Shown here one piece after another: positions 20,552-30,645 of a stretch of 64,000 nt of DNA. The DNA comes from Felixounavirus AN17P8. A program made the translations under genes and the position numbers. The DNA lies in sequence record OZ035742.1; one strand, 5' to 3'. The notes beneath the pieces were generated by a model. The model worked only from the letters and a program-made list of their open reading frames with translations, did not search any database and was not told the origin of the DNA. Each line of letters opens with the position of its first letter. Position 1 is the first letter of the stretch.

Positions 20552-21282
20552 AAAACTGGAACCTTCGTTGTGGGAACACTCAAAAGCAACCTTACAGCAA
20601 TGAGTATTGGGAATCTTTAAAATCTCAATCTCTGTGTATGCTTGAAGAAGCAAAAGAGCTTGTAAAAGCAATTGAAGAGAAAGACCCCATTGAGACACTG
20701 GATGCTCAGGCAGATTTGCAATATGTTCTTGACGGATTGATTTATCTGTCACAACATGACCATAACGGCGCTATGAAAGCTGTTTGCCATAATAATGACC
20801 TGAAGTACACAGATGACTATGAAGAAGCTTTAAAACGTCTTGCAGACATTGAAAAGCGTACTGGTCAAGAGTGTATTATCAGAATGTCAGTAGTTGATGG
20901 TAAAGAGTGGTATGCGATTGTTCGTGCAGCAGATGGGAAGATTATGAAGCAATCAAATATCCCTAAAGTACAGCTTGGTGAATACATTGTAGAACTTGAA
21001 AGCCAAGAACTTTTTGTGGTAGTATCTGAGACATGCGTTATCTGCAAAGGTATTGTAGGTAGCTTAAAGGATTTGGGTGTAGATGGTTTTGTAGAAGTTA
21101 ATCCAATTACCTCTAAAGCAGATAAAGACTTCTGTAAAGAGAATGGACTATGGATTGCAGATATTGTCTACTATGATGGTGAGCAGTTCCATGTAACCTC
21201 ATACCCGAAACTGAATTATGATGCTAATAACCTGAAGTGCTGGTTAAAAGGGGTTGGTTATAATGGATTCACAGAACATTAA
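20527..21282 (+). CDS. MazG-like NTP pyrophosphohydrolase domain protein
   Basis: EEAKELVKAIEEKD...ETLDAQADLQYVLDGL resembles MazG/HisE EExxE...ExxD motifs. Confidence 0.45.
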   Translation: MFNSRESVKNWNLRCGNTQKQPYSNEYWESLKSQSLCMLEEAKELVKAIEEKDPIETLDAQADLQYVLDGLIYLSQHDHNGAMKAVCHNNDLKYTDDYEEALKRLADIEKRTGQECIIRMSVVDGKEWYAIVRAADGKIMKQSNIPKVQLGEYIVELESQELFVVVSETCVICKGIVGSLKDLGVDGFVEVNPITSKADKDFCKENGLWIADIVYYDGEQFHVTSYPKLNYDANNLKCWLKGVGYNGFTEH

Positions 21283-21586
21283 TAAAGAGGGTGTGGCTCA
21301 GAAGAGCCACTTCTCAAACTACAATATTTCTATGACGGTGTTTATGAATGACCCGTTACTAGAAAAATATGGTGAGACTCCAGATACACTTCTGGACAAT
21401 GAACAAGTTTTAAAAGCAGTCCTGTACAAATACGGGATTGATATTGAGAAAGAATATTCCTTTGAAATCTGCCAACACAGGAACACTTTCGGTAAAGTTG
21501 TGATGGCTCCACTCTTTATGGGTGTAGAAAGAACTGACTATGGTTGGTTGTATCTAAAAAGAAACTTGGAGAAATACCGTGTCTAA
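21263..21586 (+). CDS. hypothetical protein
   Basis: Start trimmed to ATG with RBS aagggg. Confidence 0.35.
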   Translation: MDSQNINKEGVAQKSHFSNYNISMTVFMNDPLLEKYGETPDTLLDNEQVLKAVLYKYGIDIEKEYSFEICQHRNTFGKVVMAPLFMGVERTDYGWLYLKRNLEKYRV

Positions 21587-21914
21587 AGCAAAAAAGCTAT
21601 CTTATGATGACATCATCTCAGGTGCTAAGTTAGGTGTTGACAGTATCGGACAAGATATCAAGCACGGAGACACAGTTATGTACTGTGATGACCGAAGAGG
21701 TAGAAGTGCAATCTTGTTTGGAAGAATTGTTTGCAAGATGAGAGGTAATTACGTTGTTGCAGACATGGATGTGAACGTTACACAAAAACTTGAAACAATT
21801 ATAGATACTAGCGCACAATCATGGTTCCTAAATTGTATGCACACCTCGTCAGTCACAAAAGTAAGTGATAAGTTTTACGATATGTGGCAGAATGAGCAAA
21901 TTTTCAAGATTTAA
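21579..21914 (+). CDS. hypothetical protein
   Basis: GTG start with RBS ggag; terminator follows. Confidence 0.35.
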   Translation: MSKAKKLSYDDIISGAKLGVDSIGQDIKHGDTVMYCDDRRGRSAILFGRIVCKMRGNYVVADMDVNVTQKLETIIDTSAQSWFLNCMHTSSVTKVSDKFYDMWQNEQIFKI

Positions 21915-21920
21915 ACTATG

Positions 21921-21943
21921 GAGCCTCTTTGGAGGCTCTTTTC
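21921..21943 (+). terminator. rho-independent terminator
   Basis: GAGCCTC-tttg-GAGGCTC-TTTT before nrdA. Confidence 0.6.
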
Positions 21944-21960
21944 ATCTGTAGGATTCAAAA

Positions 21961-24195
21961 ATGATTAAGACAATTAAAAAATCAAACGGTACAGTAGTAA
22001 GCTTTGACCCAGAAAGACTGAACAAGTGGGCATCATGGGCAGATAAGCGTGGAATTATCTGGTCAGAAGTCACTATGGAAGCCATGAAACGTGTCTATGA
22101 AGGATGCACTACAAAAGAGATGCACCAAGCCATGATTGATGTTTGTGTTGATAAACAAACTCAAGAGTACTCAGACATGGCTGGACGGCTACTTTTGGGT
22201 ATTATCTACAAAGAAGCCTTTGGAGGCTTTACTAAGGTTCCTACGCTGGTTACATTCGTTAAAAATATGGAGAGAGCAGGACTTTGGGAGAAGATGGATT
22301 ATTCACAGGAAGAGCTTGAATACCTGCAAGGTTACATCGTACACTCAAAAGATATCTCTTACGGCTATGCAGTATTGAAACAGTTCAGAGACAAGTATGG
22401 TATCCGTGATATTAAAACTGGAAGACTTTTTGAGTCACCACAATTTATGTTTATGGGTATGGCTATGAAAGCCTTTGAGAAGCAACCAAAGCACCGTAGA
22501 CTGCAAGATGTTATCAAGCTGTACACTTACCTATCTGACCTGAAGATTAACGCTCCTACGCCTTATTTAAACGGTTTAAGAGCAACTAAATCAGGCTATG
22601 CGTCATGCTGTTTGATTAAGGCAAATGATACTGCTGAATCACTTGGTATTGCTGCAAAGGTTGCTTATGATATGACTACAAAGCAAGCTGGTATTGGGAT
22701 GCTGATGGAGACTCGCACTATTGGTGATGGTATCCGTCAAAATACTATTGAGCACATGGGTAAGCTACCTTATTACAAGCTTGTACGTTCATCTGTAGAG
22801 GCAAATAAACAGAAGAGTCGTGGTGGTTCAGCTAATAACTTCTACACTGCTCTAGACCCGCAGATTGAAGATTTACTGCGTTTGAAGCACCCTACAACGG
22901 TTCCTTCTAAACGTATTAATGAGATGGACTACTCATTCGGCACAAACGATTATTTCTGGCAGTGTGTTCAGTATGATACAGATTGGTTGCTATTCTCTTA
23001 CAAAGATGCACCAAAACTCTATGACATGTTCTACACAGCATCTGCTGATGAGTTTGCTATGGCAGTTGGTCATGCAGTACATTCAGGTGTTAAGCACAGA
23101 CGGGTAAAAGCTCGTGAAATTGCTAAGCTGTTTATTCAACAGCGTTATGCTACAGGCCGTGTGTATCCATTCTTCACTAACAATGCAAACACACATACAC
23201 CATTTAAAGAACCATTGAAGATGTCAAATCTTTGTATGGAAATTGTGTTGCCAGTGTATGGTTTTGAGAAAGAGACAGACCTTTACAGAGACGATGCTGT
23301 GAAAGAGGATGGTGAGGTAGCTCTTTGCTTCCTAGCTAGTTTGGTTGCAGGGAGAATTTCAGAAGATGAATACGCTGACGTTGCTTATTATGCTCTTGCA
23401 ATGGTTGACTCCGTTATTGACCTTATGGATTATCCGTATCCGTCGATGCGTAACCATGTTCAGAAGCGTCGTTCTGTTGGGATTGGCCTTACAAATGTGG
23501 CTCATTACCTTGCGAAGAACTACGTGAACTACTCTTCACGAGCAGGTAAAACGAAACTTCATGAACTTGCAGAGATGCACTCTTACTATCTGCATGAAGC
23601 CTCTCTGAGACTTGCTAAAGAGCGTGGTGTTCCAGAGTACATGAAGTTTACTAAGTATCCTGAAGGCTGGGTTCCTCCAAAGACAGCCAACAAGAAGATT
23701 GATGAAAAGCATGATGCAAAACTACGATATGATTGGGATGACTTAGCACAACGTATCAAAGAAAATGGTGGAATCCGAAACTCTGTATTAGAAGCTTACA
23801 TGCCTAATGAGAGTTCTTCACTGGCAACTAATACGACAAATGGCCTGTACCCAATTCGTGACTTTATTTTAACTAAAAAGTCTGCAACTGGTAACGTGTT
23901 GTTTATTGTTCCAGATTATGAAGAGTTGAAGTATGTATATGAAATTGCTTGGGGTATTGACACCTTTGACCTGATTGATTGTTATGCAATTGTTCAAAAG
24001 TTCACTGGTCAAGCTATCTCTTCAGATTTCTATGTTGACTACGCAAAAGCTAAGAAGGTATCATTGGCTCAAGCTTTGAAGTACATGATTTATGCCAACT
24101 CGGTAGGTATGAAAACCATGTACTACCTTAACAGTCGCATTGGTGTAGGTAAATCTGCACTGCAAGATGCTTATTGCGAGGGCTGCGGTGTTTAG
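21961..24195 (+). CDS. nrdA: ribonucleotide reductase class Ia large subunit
   Basis: N-terminal ATP cone; active site SNLCMEI; C-terminal CEGCGV. Confidence 0.9.
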   Translation: MIKTIKKSNGTVVSFDPERLNKWASWADKRGIIWSEVTMEAMKRVYEGCTTKEMHQAMIDVCVDKQTQEYSDMAGRLLLGIIYKEAFGGFTKVPTLVTFVKNMERAGLWEKMDYSQEELEYLQGYIVHSKDISYGYAVLKQFRDKYGIRDIKTGRLFESPQFMFMGMAMKAFEKQPKHRRLQDVIKLYTYLSDLKINAPTPYLNGLRATKSGYASCCLIKANDTAESLGIAAKVAYDMTTKQAGIGMLMETRTIGDGIRQNTIEHMGKLPYYKLVRSSVEANKQKSRGGSANNFYTALDPQIEDLLRLKHPTTVPSKRINEMDYSFGTNDYFWQCVQYDTDWLLFSYKDAPKLYDMFYTASADEFAMAVGHAVHSGVKHRRVKAREIAKLFIQQRYATGRVYPFFTNNANTHTPFKEPLKMSNLCMEIVLPVYGFEKETDLYRDDAVKEDGEVALCFLASLVAGRISEDEYADVAYYALAMVDSVIDLMDYPYPSMRNHVQKRRSVGIGLTNVAHYLAKNYVNYSSRAGKTKLHELAEMHSYYLHEASLRLAKERGVPEYMKFTKYPEGWVPPKTANKKIDEKHDAKLRYDWDDLAQRIKENGGIRNSVLEAYMPNESSSLATNTTNGLYPIRDFILTKKSATGNVLFIVPDYEELKYVYEIAWGIDTFDLIDCYAIVQKFTGQAISSDFYVDYAKAKKVSLAQALKYMIYANSVGMKTMYYLNSRIGVGKSALQDAYCEGCGV

Positions 24196-24250
24196 TTTTA
24201 ACAACTATGAGGGTCGTAAAAGACCCTCTAAAAATAACTTTGGAGAGAGT

Positions 24251-24508
24251 ATGAAGGACTTAATAGCAAATCATGAGTGGCCAATTTATCTGCTCTACAA
24301 ACCTCGGAAAACGTTGTACTATGTAAGTAGCACAGATATGATGATAAAACAAAATGATGACTCATGGGTCGATGGTGTGTCATACATCTCTACAGCAGAT
24401 GGTAAAATCTATGCAAGACCATATGAAATGTTCAATGAAGAAAATTGGGAAGTTCTAGACCGAAAACAAGCCTTAGAAATGATAAAGAAAGGAGAAATCA
24501 CACTATGA
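24251..24508 (+). CDS. hypothetical protein between nrdA and nrdB
   Basis: ATG with RBS ggagagag; stop overlaps nrdB start (ATGA). Confidence 0.3.
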   Translation: MKDLIANHEWPIYLLYKPRKTLYYVSSTDMMIKQNDDSWVDGVSYISTADGKIYARPYEMFNEENWEVLDRKQALEMIKKGEITL

Positions 24509-25578
24509 TTAACCAACACCCAATCTTTTTAGGTGGTGAGAGAAAGACATTTGACTCACTTAATAAACACTACCCAAAAATCTTTGAGCTATATAAACAA
24601 CAAAAAGCGCAAGACTGGTCAGAAGATGAGTTTCCTTTTGAACAATCACGTCTTGATTTTGAGAGTGTGCCAGCATCAATGTCAGGTGTAATGCTTGAGA
24701 TTCTTAAGTGGCAGTGGGAAGCAGATACCCAAGTTGCTAAGAGCTTGGCATTCGCCTTTGCACCATTCATCTCTGATGACATCTATGCAACTGCAATTAT
24801 GAAGCAGTCTGAGATTGAAAACCTACATGCTCTTACTTACTCAGAGATTGTAAGGCAATGTATTAAAAACCCTGAAACAATCTTAGATGAGATTAACCAG
24901 AATGTTGCTGTACAAGACCGATTAAAAACTGTGAATCGTGTTCTTGAAGAATTACTGGATGAAGGTATAAACTATCGCCTGAGTTATGTCCGTGATTCAC
25001 TTCTGGACAAAGACCATTTACACTTCCATAAAGTGATTCTGAAAGGGCTGTTTGCAGTGACTGCACTTGAAGGTATATCTTTTATGGCATCCTTTGCATG
25101 TACTTTTGCACTTGATGCTCAAGATAAATTTCAGGGTATTGCTCAAGCTGTACAGAAAATTATGCTTGACGAAATCCTTCACACTAAAATTGATATTGAA
25201 GTTTTAAAAGAAACTTTAAGAGATGATGAGTGGCAGAAAGCTTTTCAACAAATTCTTCCAGAGATTAAAGTAATCTTAGATGAAGTAGTTGAAAGTGAAG
25301 AGAGATGGTCGTATTATATCTTCTCCGAAGGACGTGCTGTAGTTGGCTTAAATACAAAGCTTCTTCATGAGTGGGTTTACTATAATGCTGCCCCACTGTA
25401 TGATATGTTTGGCATTCCCAGAGATTTTGTAGCTCCTAAAGAACCACCTTTGAAGTATATGATTAAGAAGATGGAAATTGATAAAGAGCAGAATGCTAAT
25501 CAGGAGCAACAGAACGGTGCGTACCTGTTGAATACTGTTGTAGATGATTTGAATAGTGGATTTTTAGAGGTTCCTTAA
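24505..25578 (+). CDS. nrdB: ribonucleotide reductase class Ia small subunit
   Basis: Di-iron/tyrosyl-radical fold features; start set at ATG 24505 with RBS aaaggag rather than track start 24445. Confidence 0.85.
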   Translation: MINQHPIFLGGERKTFDSLNKHYPKIFELYKQQKAQDWSEDEFPFEQSRLDFESVPASMSGVMLEILKWQWEADTQVAKSLAFAFAPFISDDIYATAIMKQSEIENLHALTYSEIVRQCIKNPETILDEINQNVAVQDRLKTVNRVLEELLDEGINYRLSYVRDSLLDKDHLHFHKVILKGLFAVTALEGISFMASFACTFALDAQDKFQGIAQAVQKIMLDEILHTKIDIEVLKETLRDDEWQKAFQQILPEIKVILDEVVESEERWSYYIFSEGRAVVGLNTKLLHEWVYYNAAPLYDMFGIPRDFVAPKEPPLKYMIKKMEIDKEQNANQEQQNGAYLLNTVVDDLNSGFLEVP

Positions 25579-25820
25579 TGACTTATGTAATTTACTCCAA
25601 AACTGGATGCCCTCAGTGCGAGACCGCAAAGAATTTTGCAAAAGCTCTTGGTATTGACCATGTTGTGAGAATGTTAGGGCAGGATTATGAGCTATCAGAA
25701 CTAATGGATATTGCACAGATGCCAGTTCGTCAGATGCCATTCATCATGAAAACTGATGGACAAAACCTAAAACCTGTTGGGACGCTACAGAATTTTATGG
25801 CAGAGGTGAATAATGCTTAA
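25578..25820 (+). CDS. glutaredoxin/NrdH-like redoxin
   Basis: 80 aa with CPQC active-site motif; sits between nrdB and nrdD. Confidence 0.7.
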   Translation: MTYVIYSKTGCPQCETAKNFAKALGIDHVVRMLGQDYELSELMDIAQMPVRQMPFIMKTDGQNLKPVGTLQNFMAEVNNA

Positions 25821-26019
25821 ACGCCTTTGGGAAGGTTTGGTTGTTGATGCACCAGCTATTGTGATTGGTATGCTTATTGTTAACCTATTTACTGACTTTG
25901 AACAAGGTTCGTTGTTTGGAGCCATGTTACTATGGGTTATCTTTGAAATATTAGAGATACAGTTAGGTATCACTGAAAAACTAAGAGAACTCTTTTCGAA
26001 GTTTTCTAAAAAGATTTAA
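25813..26019 (+). CDS. small membrane protein
   Basis: Two hydrophobic segments; terminator follows. Confidence 0.3.
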   Translation: MLKRLWEGLVVDAPAIVIGMLIVNLFTDFEQGSLFGAMLLWVIFEILEIQLGITEKLRELFSKFSKKI

Positions 26020-26036
26020 AATGAAAGGGTCTCTTC

Positions 26037-26057
26037 GGAGGCCTTTTTAGCATGTAA
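26037..26057 (+). terminator. rho-independent terminator
   Basis: GGTCTC-ttcg-GAGGCC (one G.U) then TTTTT before nrdD. Confidence 0.5.
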
Positions 26058-26067
26058 AGGGGCAATA

Positions 26068-28212
26068 ATGAACAAAGTACAAATTATTAAAAAGAATGGC
26101 TCACTTGAAGAACCTGATATCAAAAAAGTTTTAGCAGCCGTCACAAAGTCGGCTAATAGGGTTGGTTATAAAGAGCTTCCACCAGATGTTACTCAAGCTC
26201 TTGAGTCAGCATTTATGAGGATTCTGGTAAAGTCCACTAAGCAGAATAATTTGCTAATTTCTGTAAATGATATTCACAGTATTGTTGAGGGTGCTTTGGC
26301 AGAAGTCAATCACGAGATTTATGAGTCTTACTCAACATATAGAAATTACCGTAAAGAAGTTGCTCAAAATTGGGATGAACTCTACCAGAAGACCAAAGAT
26401 ACACTCTTCTTAGGTGACCGAGAAAACGCTAATTTTGACAGCAGTTTAATTTCTACAAAAGGTTCAATTATTCGTGGTTATCTGACTAAAGAAATCTTTA
26501 AACAGTACCATTTAACACCAGAGGAACTTGAAGCCATTGAAAAAGGGTTTATCTATATCCATGATTTAAGAGACCTAATTTTTGGTGGTATCAACTGTTG
26601 CCTGTTTGACATTGGTAAAGTCCTGAAAGGTGGCTTTGAAATGTCTGGCATCGAATATTGTGAACCAAAGTCTGTGCTGTCGGCCTTACAGGTTATTGGT
26701 GACGTAGTTCTTTCAGCAACTGCACAGCAATTTGGTGGCTTTACTTTAGCAGAGATTGATAAGGTACTTGTGCCGTATGCTAAGAAGTCTCTACGCTATC
26801 ATGCTGAGAAAGCAGCATCTTATGGTATTCCTAAAGAACATTACCACAATTATGTCATGGAGCAGCTACAGATTGAACTGACTCAAGGTTTCCAGTCACT
26901 TGAAATGAAACTAAACACTGTACCTTGTAGCCGTGGGGATTTTGCATTCACAACTTTGACATTCGGGTTACTTGACTCAGATATGTCCAATGAAGATAAC
27001 CGACTGCAATATATGATTGCAAGTACTCTCCTAGATGTTCGTATGAATGGACAAGGTAAGAGCAAGAAGCCTGTTGTATTTCCTAAACTGGTTTATATTT
27101 ATGACCAGAAGAGACATGATGAGAATATCTGTCAAGGCCACCTGTACAGTAAAGCTGTTGAGTGTTGCTCTAAAGCTATGTATCCAGATTTCTTAAGTGT
27201 GTCTGGACATGGTGCTGTAGCAGAGGCTTTTGAGCGTTCTGGTAAGGTAATTTCCCCGATGGGTTGCAGAGCTTTCTTATCTCCATATTTTAACGAGAAT
27301 GGGGAAGAGTTCTACGTTGGTCGTGCTAACATTGGTGCTGTATCTTTGAACTTGCCAATGATTTACCAGTATTCTAAAGAGAATGGCTTAGATTTCTGGA
27401 AAGAGCTTGATAAGTACCTAGAAATGATTCGCAGCTTCCACAAGAAACGTTACGAAATGATTGCTAATATGCCAGCAAGTTCTAATCCTCTTGCATTCAC
27501 ACAAGGTGGTCTGTACAAAGGGAATAAGAAACCTACCGACAAGGTTGGCTGGGGTATCGTGAAGTCCTTCACAGCTTCTTTTGGGGTTACTGCGCTTGAT
27601 GAGCTATCTGTTCTTGCTGAAGGTAAACGACTTCATGAAGTTGGAAGCTGTAGTTTTGCATATGATGTTCTAGAATATATCAACATGAAGACTGAAGAGT
27701 TTAAAAATGAAGACGGCTTCTTATATGCAGTCTATGGCACTCCAGCAGAATCACTTTGTGGAACTCAGCTAAAACAGTTCAGAGATATGTTTGGCGTTAT
27801 CAAAGGCGTTTCTGACAAGGAATACTTTACAAATAGTTTCCATATGAATGTTGCAGCAGACATCACACCATTTGAGAAGCAGGACTTAGAAGAACCTTTC
27901 TTTCATATCTGTAGAGGCGGAAGAATCCAGTATGTAAGAGTAGCTAACCCAGAAAACTTATCAGCACTTAAGAGTTGTATTACAAGAGGGATGTTGAAGG
28001 GTTTTTATCAGGGGCTTAACTTTGACTTAGCAATCTGTGAACATTGTGGTAACAGACCAAAGGCTGATGTTGAAGAATGTGAGGTTTGCCATTCACATGA
28101 CATCTCTGTGATTAACAGGGTGTGTGGGTATCTTGGATGGACTAAGATTAAAGGTGAATCCCGAATGAACGATGCAAAAATCGCTGAGATTCGTGACAGG
28201 ATTTCTATGTAA
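26068..28212 (+). CDS. nrdD: anaerobic ribonucleoside-triphosphate reductase (class III)
   Basis: C-terminal glycyl-radical motif RVCGYLG, Cys cluster CEHCG...CEVC, N-terminal ATP cone. Confidence 0.9.
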   Translation: MNKVQIIKKNGSLEEPDIKKVLAAVTKSANRVGYKELPPDVTQALESAFMRILVKSTKQNNLLISVNDIHSIVEGALAEVNHEIYESYSTYRNYRKEVAQNWDELYQKTKDTLFLGDRENANFDSSLISTKGSIIRGYLTKEIFKQYHLTPEELEAIEKGFIYIHDLRDLIFGGINCCLFDIGKVLKGGFEMSGIEYCEPKSVLSALQVIGDVVLSATAQQFGGFTLAEIDKVLVPYAKKSLRYHAEKAASYGIPKEHYHNYVMEQLQIELTQGFQSLEMKLNTVPCSRGDFAFTTLTFGLLDSDMSNEDNRLQYMIASTLLDVRMNGQGKSKKPVVFPKLVYIYDQKRHDENICQGHLYSKAVECCSKAMYPDFLSVSGHGAVAEAFERSGKVISPMGCRAFLSPYFNENGEEFYVGRANIGAVSLNLPMIYQYSKENGLDFWKELDKYLEMIRSFHKKRYEMIANMPASSNPLAFTQGGLYKGNKKPTDKVGWGIVKSFTASFGVTALDELSVLAEGKRLHEVGSCSFAYDVLEYINMKTEEFKNEDGFLYAVYGTPAESLCGTQLKQFRDMFGVIKGVSDKEYFTNSFHMNVAADITPFEKQDLEEPFFHICRGGRIQYVRVANPENLSALKSCITRGMLKGFYQGLNFDLAICEHCGNRPKADVEECEVCHSHDISVINRVCGYLGWTKIKGESRMNDAKIAEIRDRISM

Positions 28213-28215
28213 AAC

Positions 28216-28245
28216 TTGACAAGGTGGTGTGGGTGTTGATAGGCT
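28216..28245 (+). promoter_or_regulatory. sigma70-like promoter downstream of nrdD
   Basis: acTTGACAaggtg...N18...TAGGCT (TAnnnT). Confidence 0.4.
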
Positions 28246-28367
28246 TACATCACCTTTTTTTATTGGGTGTTAGATATGGCAGAGAATATTATTGGGTTGT
28301 TCATAGGTTCTGTCTTACTAGGGTTCTTTTTAGGACTCTCTTATTGTGAATTGAGAGATAAGTTAAA

Positions 28368-28568
28368 ATGTTTAAAATATCAAAAACGTTGATACCCATA
28401 CTCCGCATACTAGCCTTCTTCTTTGGGGTTAGTGTTATGGTATGGGGTTTTTCTGACCCACAATGGGGTTTCTCATATCATGGTCAGATGGATTTATGGT
28501 CATGCTTCAAACCATTTTTAGGTTTAGTTATAGCATTCAGTGCATTACCAGCTAAGGTGAAATTATGA
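28368..28568 (+). CDS. small membrane protein
   Basis: 66 aa, two TM segments. Confidence 0.3.
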   Translation: MFKISKTLIPILRILAFFFGVSVMVWGFSDPQWGFSYHGQMDLWSCFKPFLGLVIAFSALPAKVKL

Positions 28569-28960
28569 TTAAGTTGAACCAAAAACAGTTAGAGTGGATT
28601 AAAGATTACGCCTCAGAGTGTGGCTCTTGCGAAAAGAATCACGTAAGATACTCAACATTCCATACGGTATTTACATTGTACATCAGTGATAACGTTCTAA
28701 GTGATTCCGTAGAAGATGGTATAGCATTACCTAATGAATTGCTTGACAAATTAGCTGTAGTCACTGGAACTTGGTCTGAAGAAGATGGTCATGAATTATC
28801 TGATGATGTTGTCTTCTACACCCTTGAAAACATCATGAATCCAGAGTACATTATGCTAATGACTTGCGCGCAAGACTGTGTTCCATTACAAAACTTTATT
28901 AAAGAGCACTGTGAAGAGTTTATTACTAAACAGGTTCCTTGTCAGGTGGTATTTGAATGA
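28565..28960 (+). CDS. hypothetical protein
   Basis: 131 aa, Cys-containing, translationally coupled. Confidence 0.4.
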   Translation: MIKLNQKQLEWIKDYASECGSCEKNHVRYSTFHTVFTLYISDNVLSDSVEDGIALPNELLDKLAVVTGTWSEEDGHELSDDVVFYTLENIMNPEYIMLMTCAQDCVPLQNFIKEHCEEFITKQVPCQVVFE

Positions 28961-29256
28961 GCAAAACAATTCGAAGAAAAGGTTTAAAGAACGTTCATGG
29001 ACTTTATGAGTGGAGAAATGAGGTACGTAACAGAGAAAATGCTTCAGAGGTCTACTACCACTCTGATATGATATCTAGAAAAGGTGGCTCTTACGACTTC
29101 ACAAGCCAGCCTTGTAGAGAGATTAAGAAGGCTACTAAACGTCTTACAAGAACACAAATAAGGCAGCTTTCTAAGACATCCTTCTTAGATGAAGACTTTG
29201 ACATTGATAGTAAGTCCCCAAAGAAAGCTGCTAAGAACACTTATATGTATTGGTGA
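28957..29256 (+). CDS. hypothetical protein
   Basis: 99 aa, coupled to neighbours. Confidence 0.4.
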   Translation: MSKTIRRKGLKNVHGLYEWRNEVRNRENASEVYYHSDMISRKGGSYDFTSQPCREIKKATKRLTRTQIRQLSKTSFLDEDFDIDSKSPKKAAKNTYMYW

Positions 29257-29265
29257 GGTAACTAG

Positions 29266-29751
29266 ATGAATTACATGGAGATTAGACCATTTGATACAGC
29301 TAATGGTGAAGGGGTTCGTGTAAGCCTCTTCGTAGCTGGTTGTAAGCATCACTGTGAAGGCTGCTTTAACAGGGAGTCTTGGAAGTTTAATGCTGGTAAA
29401 GAGTTTACTTATGCAAACCTTTACGGCATCATTAAGTTAATGGATGATGAGGCCATCAGTGGGCTGTCAATACTTGGTGGGGAGCCTCTGGATGATAGAA
29501 ACATTCAAGAGGTCACCAACATATGCAAGCGTATTAAAACTGTTTATCCAGAAAAGTCTATATGGCTTTGGACAGGTTTTCAACTGCACGAAAAAATCCA
29601 CTTAGATGTGATGAAATATGTTGACGTGGTGATTGATGGTAAGTATGATTCATCTAAACCAACAGTTAAACCATATCGTGGTTCTGATAACCAAAACCTC
29701 TGGAGAAAAGAGTATGGGTGGCAAGGCGATTGCCAATGGCGAGCAGAATGA
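29266..29751 (+). CDS. nrdG: anaerobic RNR activating protein (radical SAM)
   Basis: CKHHCEGC radical-SAM cluster motif; downstream of nrdD. Confidence 0.8.
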   Translation: MNYMEIRPFDTANGEGVRVSLFVAGCKHHCEGCFNRESWKFNAGKEFTYANLYGIIKLMDDEAISGLSILGGEPLDDRNIQEVTNICKRIKTVYPEKSIWLWTGFQLHEKIHLDVMKYVDVVIDGKYDSSKPTVKPYRGSDNQNLWRKEYGWQGDCQWRAE

Positions 29752-29989
29752 TTATTCTGGTAAGTGGACTTATGACATCAACAAGTTAGATGCCTGGATG
29801 ATTTATACGAGAGAAAAATTTGGTACACATTCATTATGTGCTCTTGCAACTATGGTGAAGAACGTTACCTTTGAAATTCATGAATCAGATAAGTTTGGAG
29901 ACTTCTACAGGATTCAAAACATCAGAGAAGGTATAACTCCAATCGGTATCACTGAAGAAGAACTTCATAAGTTCTGTATTAAACTTTAA
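29714..29989 (+). CDS. hypothetical protein
   Basis: Track ORF 29633-29989 overlaps nrdG; internal ATG 29714 proposed; start uncertain. Confidence 0.3.
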   Translation: MGGKAIANGEQNDYSGKWTYDINKLDAWMIYTREKFGTHSLCALATMVKNVTFEIHESDKFGDFYRIQNIREGITPIGITEEELHKFCIKL

Positions 29990-30003
29990 TGAGAGAGACT
30001 AAA

Positions 30004-30270
30004 ATGGGAATTTTAGGTAATATTAAAGCTGGCTTTTTGAAGGCACTGGCAAAAGCAGCAGCAATCATTTCTATGACTGGGGAGCAGGTTGGTGTAGATG
30101 CTTCAGCAATTGCACAGGTTCTTGCAAGCCAAATTGAACAGCAGCCTTACATCCACGTTGGACGTGGTAAAGGTGGTAAAAAACAAGCACATCGACCAAC
30201 TGGTGCAGCAGCAATTAAACGTGCAGCTAAGAAAGCTCGTAACCGTAAACGTAATAAGAAGGCTAAATAA
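30004..30270 (+). CDS. small basic protein
   Basis: ATG with RBS gagag; C-terminus KRAAKKARNRKRNKKAK. Confidence 0.35.
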   Translation: MGILGNIKAGFLKALAKAAAIISMTGEQVGVDASAIAQVLASQIEQQPYIHVGRGKGGKKQAHRPTGAAAIKRAAKKARNRKRNKKAK

Positions 30271-30272
30271 TC

Positions 30273-30593
30273 ATGAGCAAAGTTTATAACACTCGCAAAT
30301 TACAGATTTTCGTACTGTGTCAGTTTATGGCTAAAGAATACAATTTCTACTATTGTGGCACAGGTTTCATTAGCGACGATGATGGCTCATACCTCCCATT
30401 TAAAGAAGCTGTGAAGCTCTTCAATGAAGAGGAAAGCTCTAAGAAAGATATTGAAAAGGTTAAGCTAACCTACAGCAAGAAAGATAAGAAGATAATCTGC
30501 CTAGATAACTTTGTAAAAGTTACTGGAGAAGCAAAAGAGTTTATGGATGAGAGTGAGATTTCATTCACAAGCATCTTGAAAGTGGCTCAGTAA
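30273..30593 (+). CDS. hypothetical protein
   Basis: 106 aa; terminator follows. Confidence 0.4.
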   Translation: MSKVYNTRKLQIFVLCQFMAKEYNFYYCGTGFISDDDGSYLPFKEAVKLFNEEESSKKDIEKVKLTYSKKDKKIICLDNFVKVTGEAKEFMDESEISFTSILKVAQ

Positions 30594-30606
30594 ACAGATA
30601 CTATAA

Positions 30607-30635
30607 GGGAACTGTAAAGGTTCCCTTTTTATTTT
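30607..30635 (+). terminator. rho-independent terminator
   Basis: GGGAAC-tgtaaag-GTTCCC-TTTTTATTTTT. Confidence 0.6.
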
Positions 30636-30645
30636 TGGAGATAAA

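Noticed and set aside
24445-24504. N-terminal extension of nrdB from track start 24445
   Set aside because: The first 20 residues do not resemble NrdB and overlap the upstream ORF; ATG 24505 has a proper RBS and starts the conserved MINQHPIF sequence.
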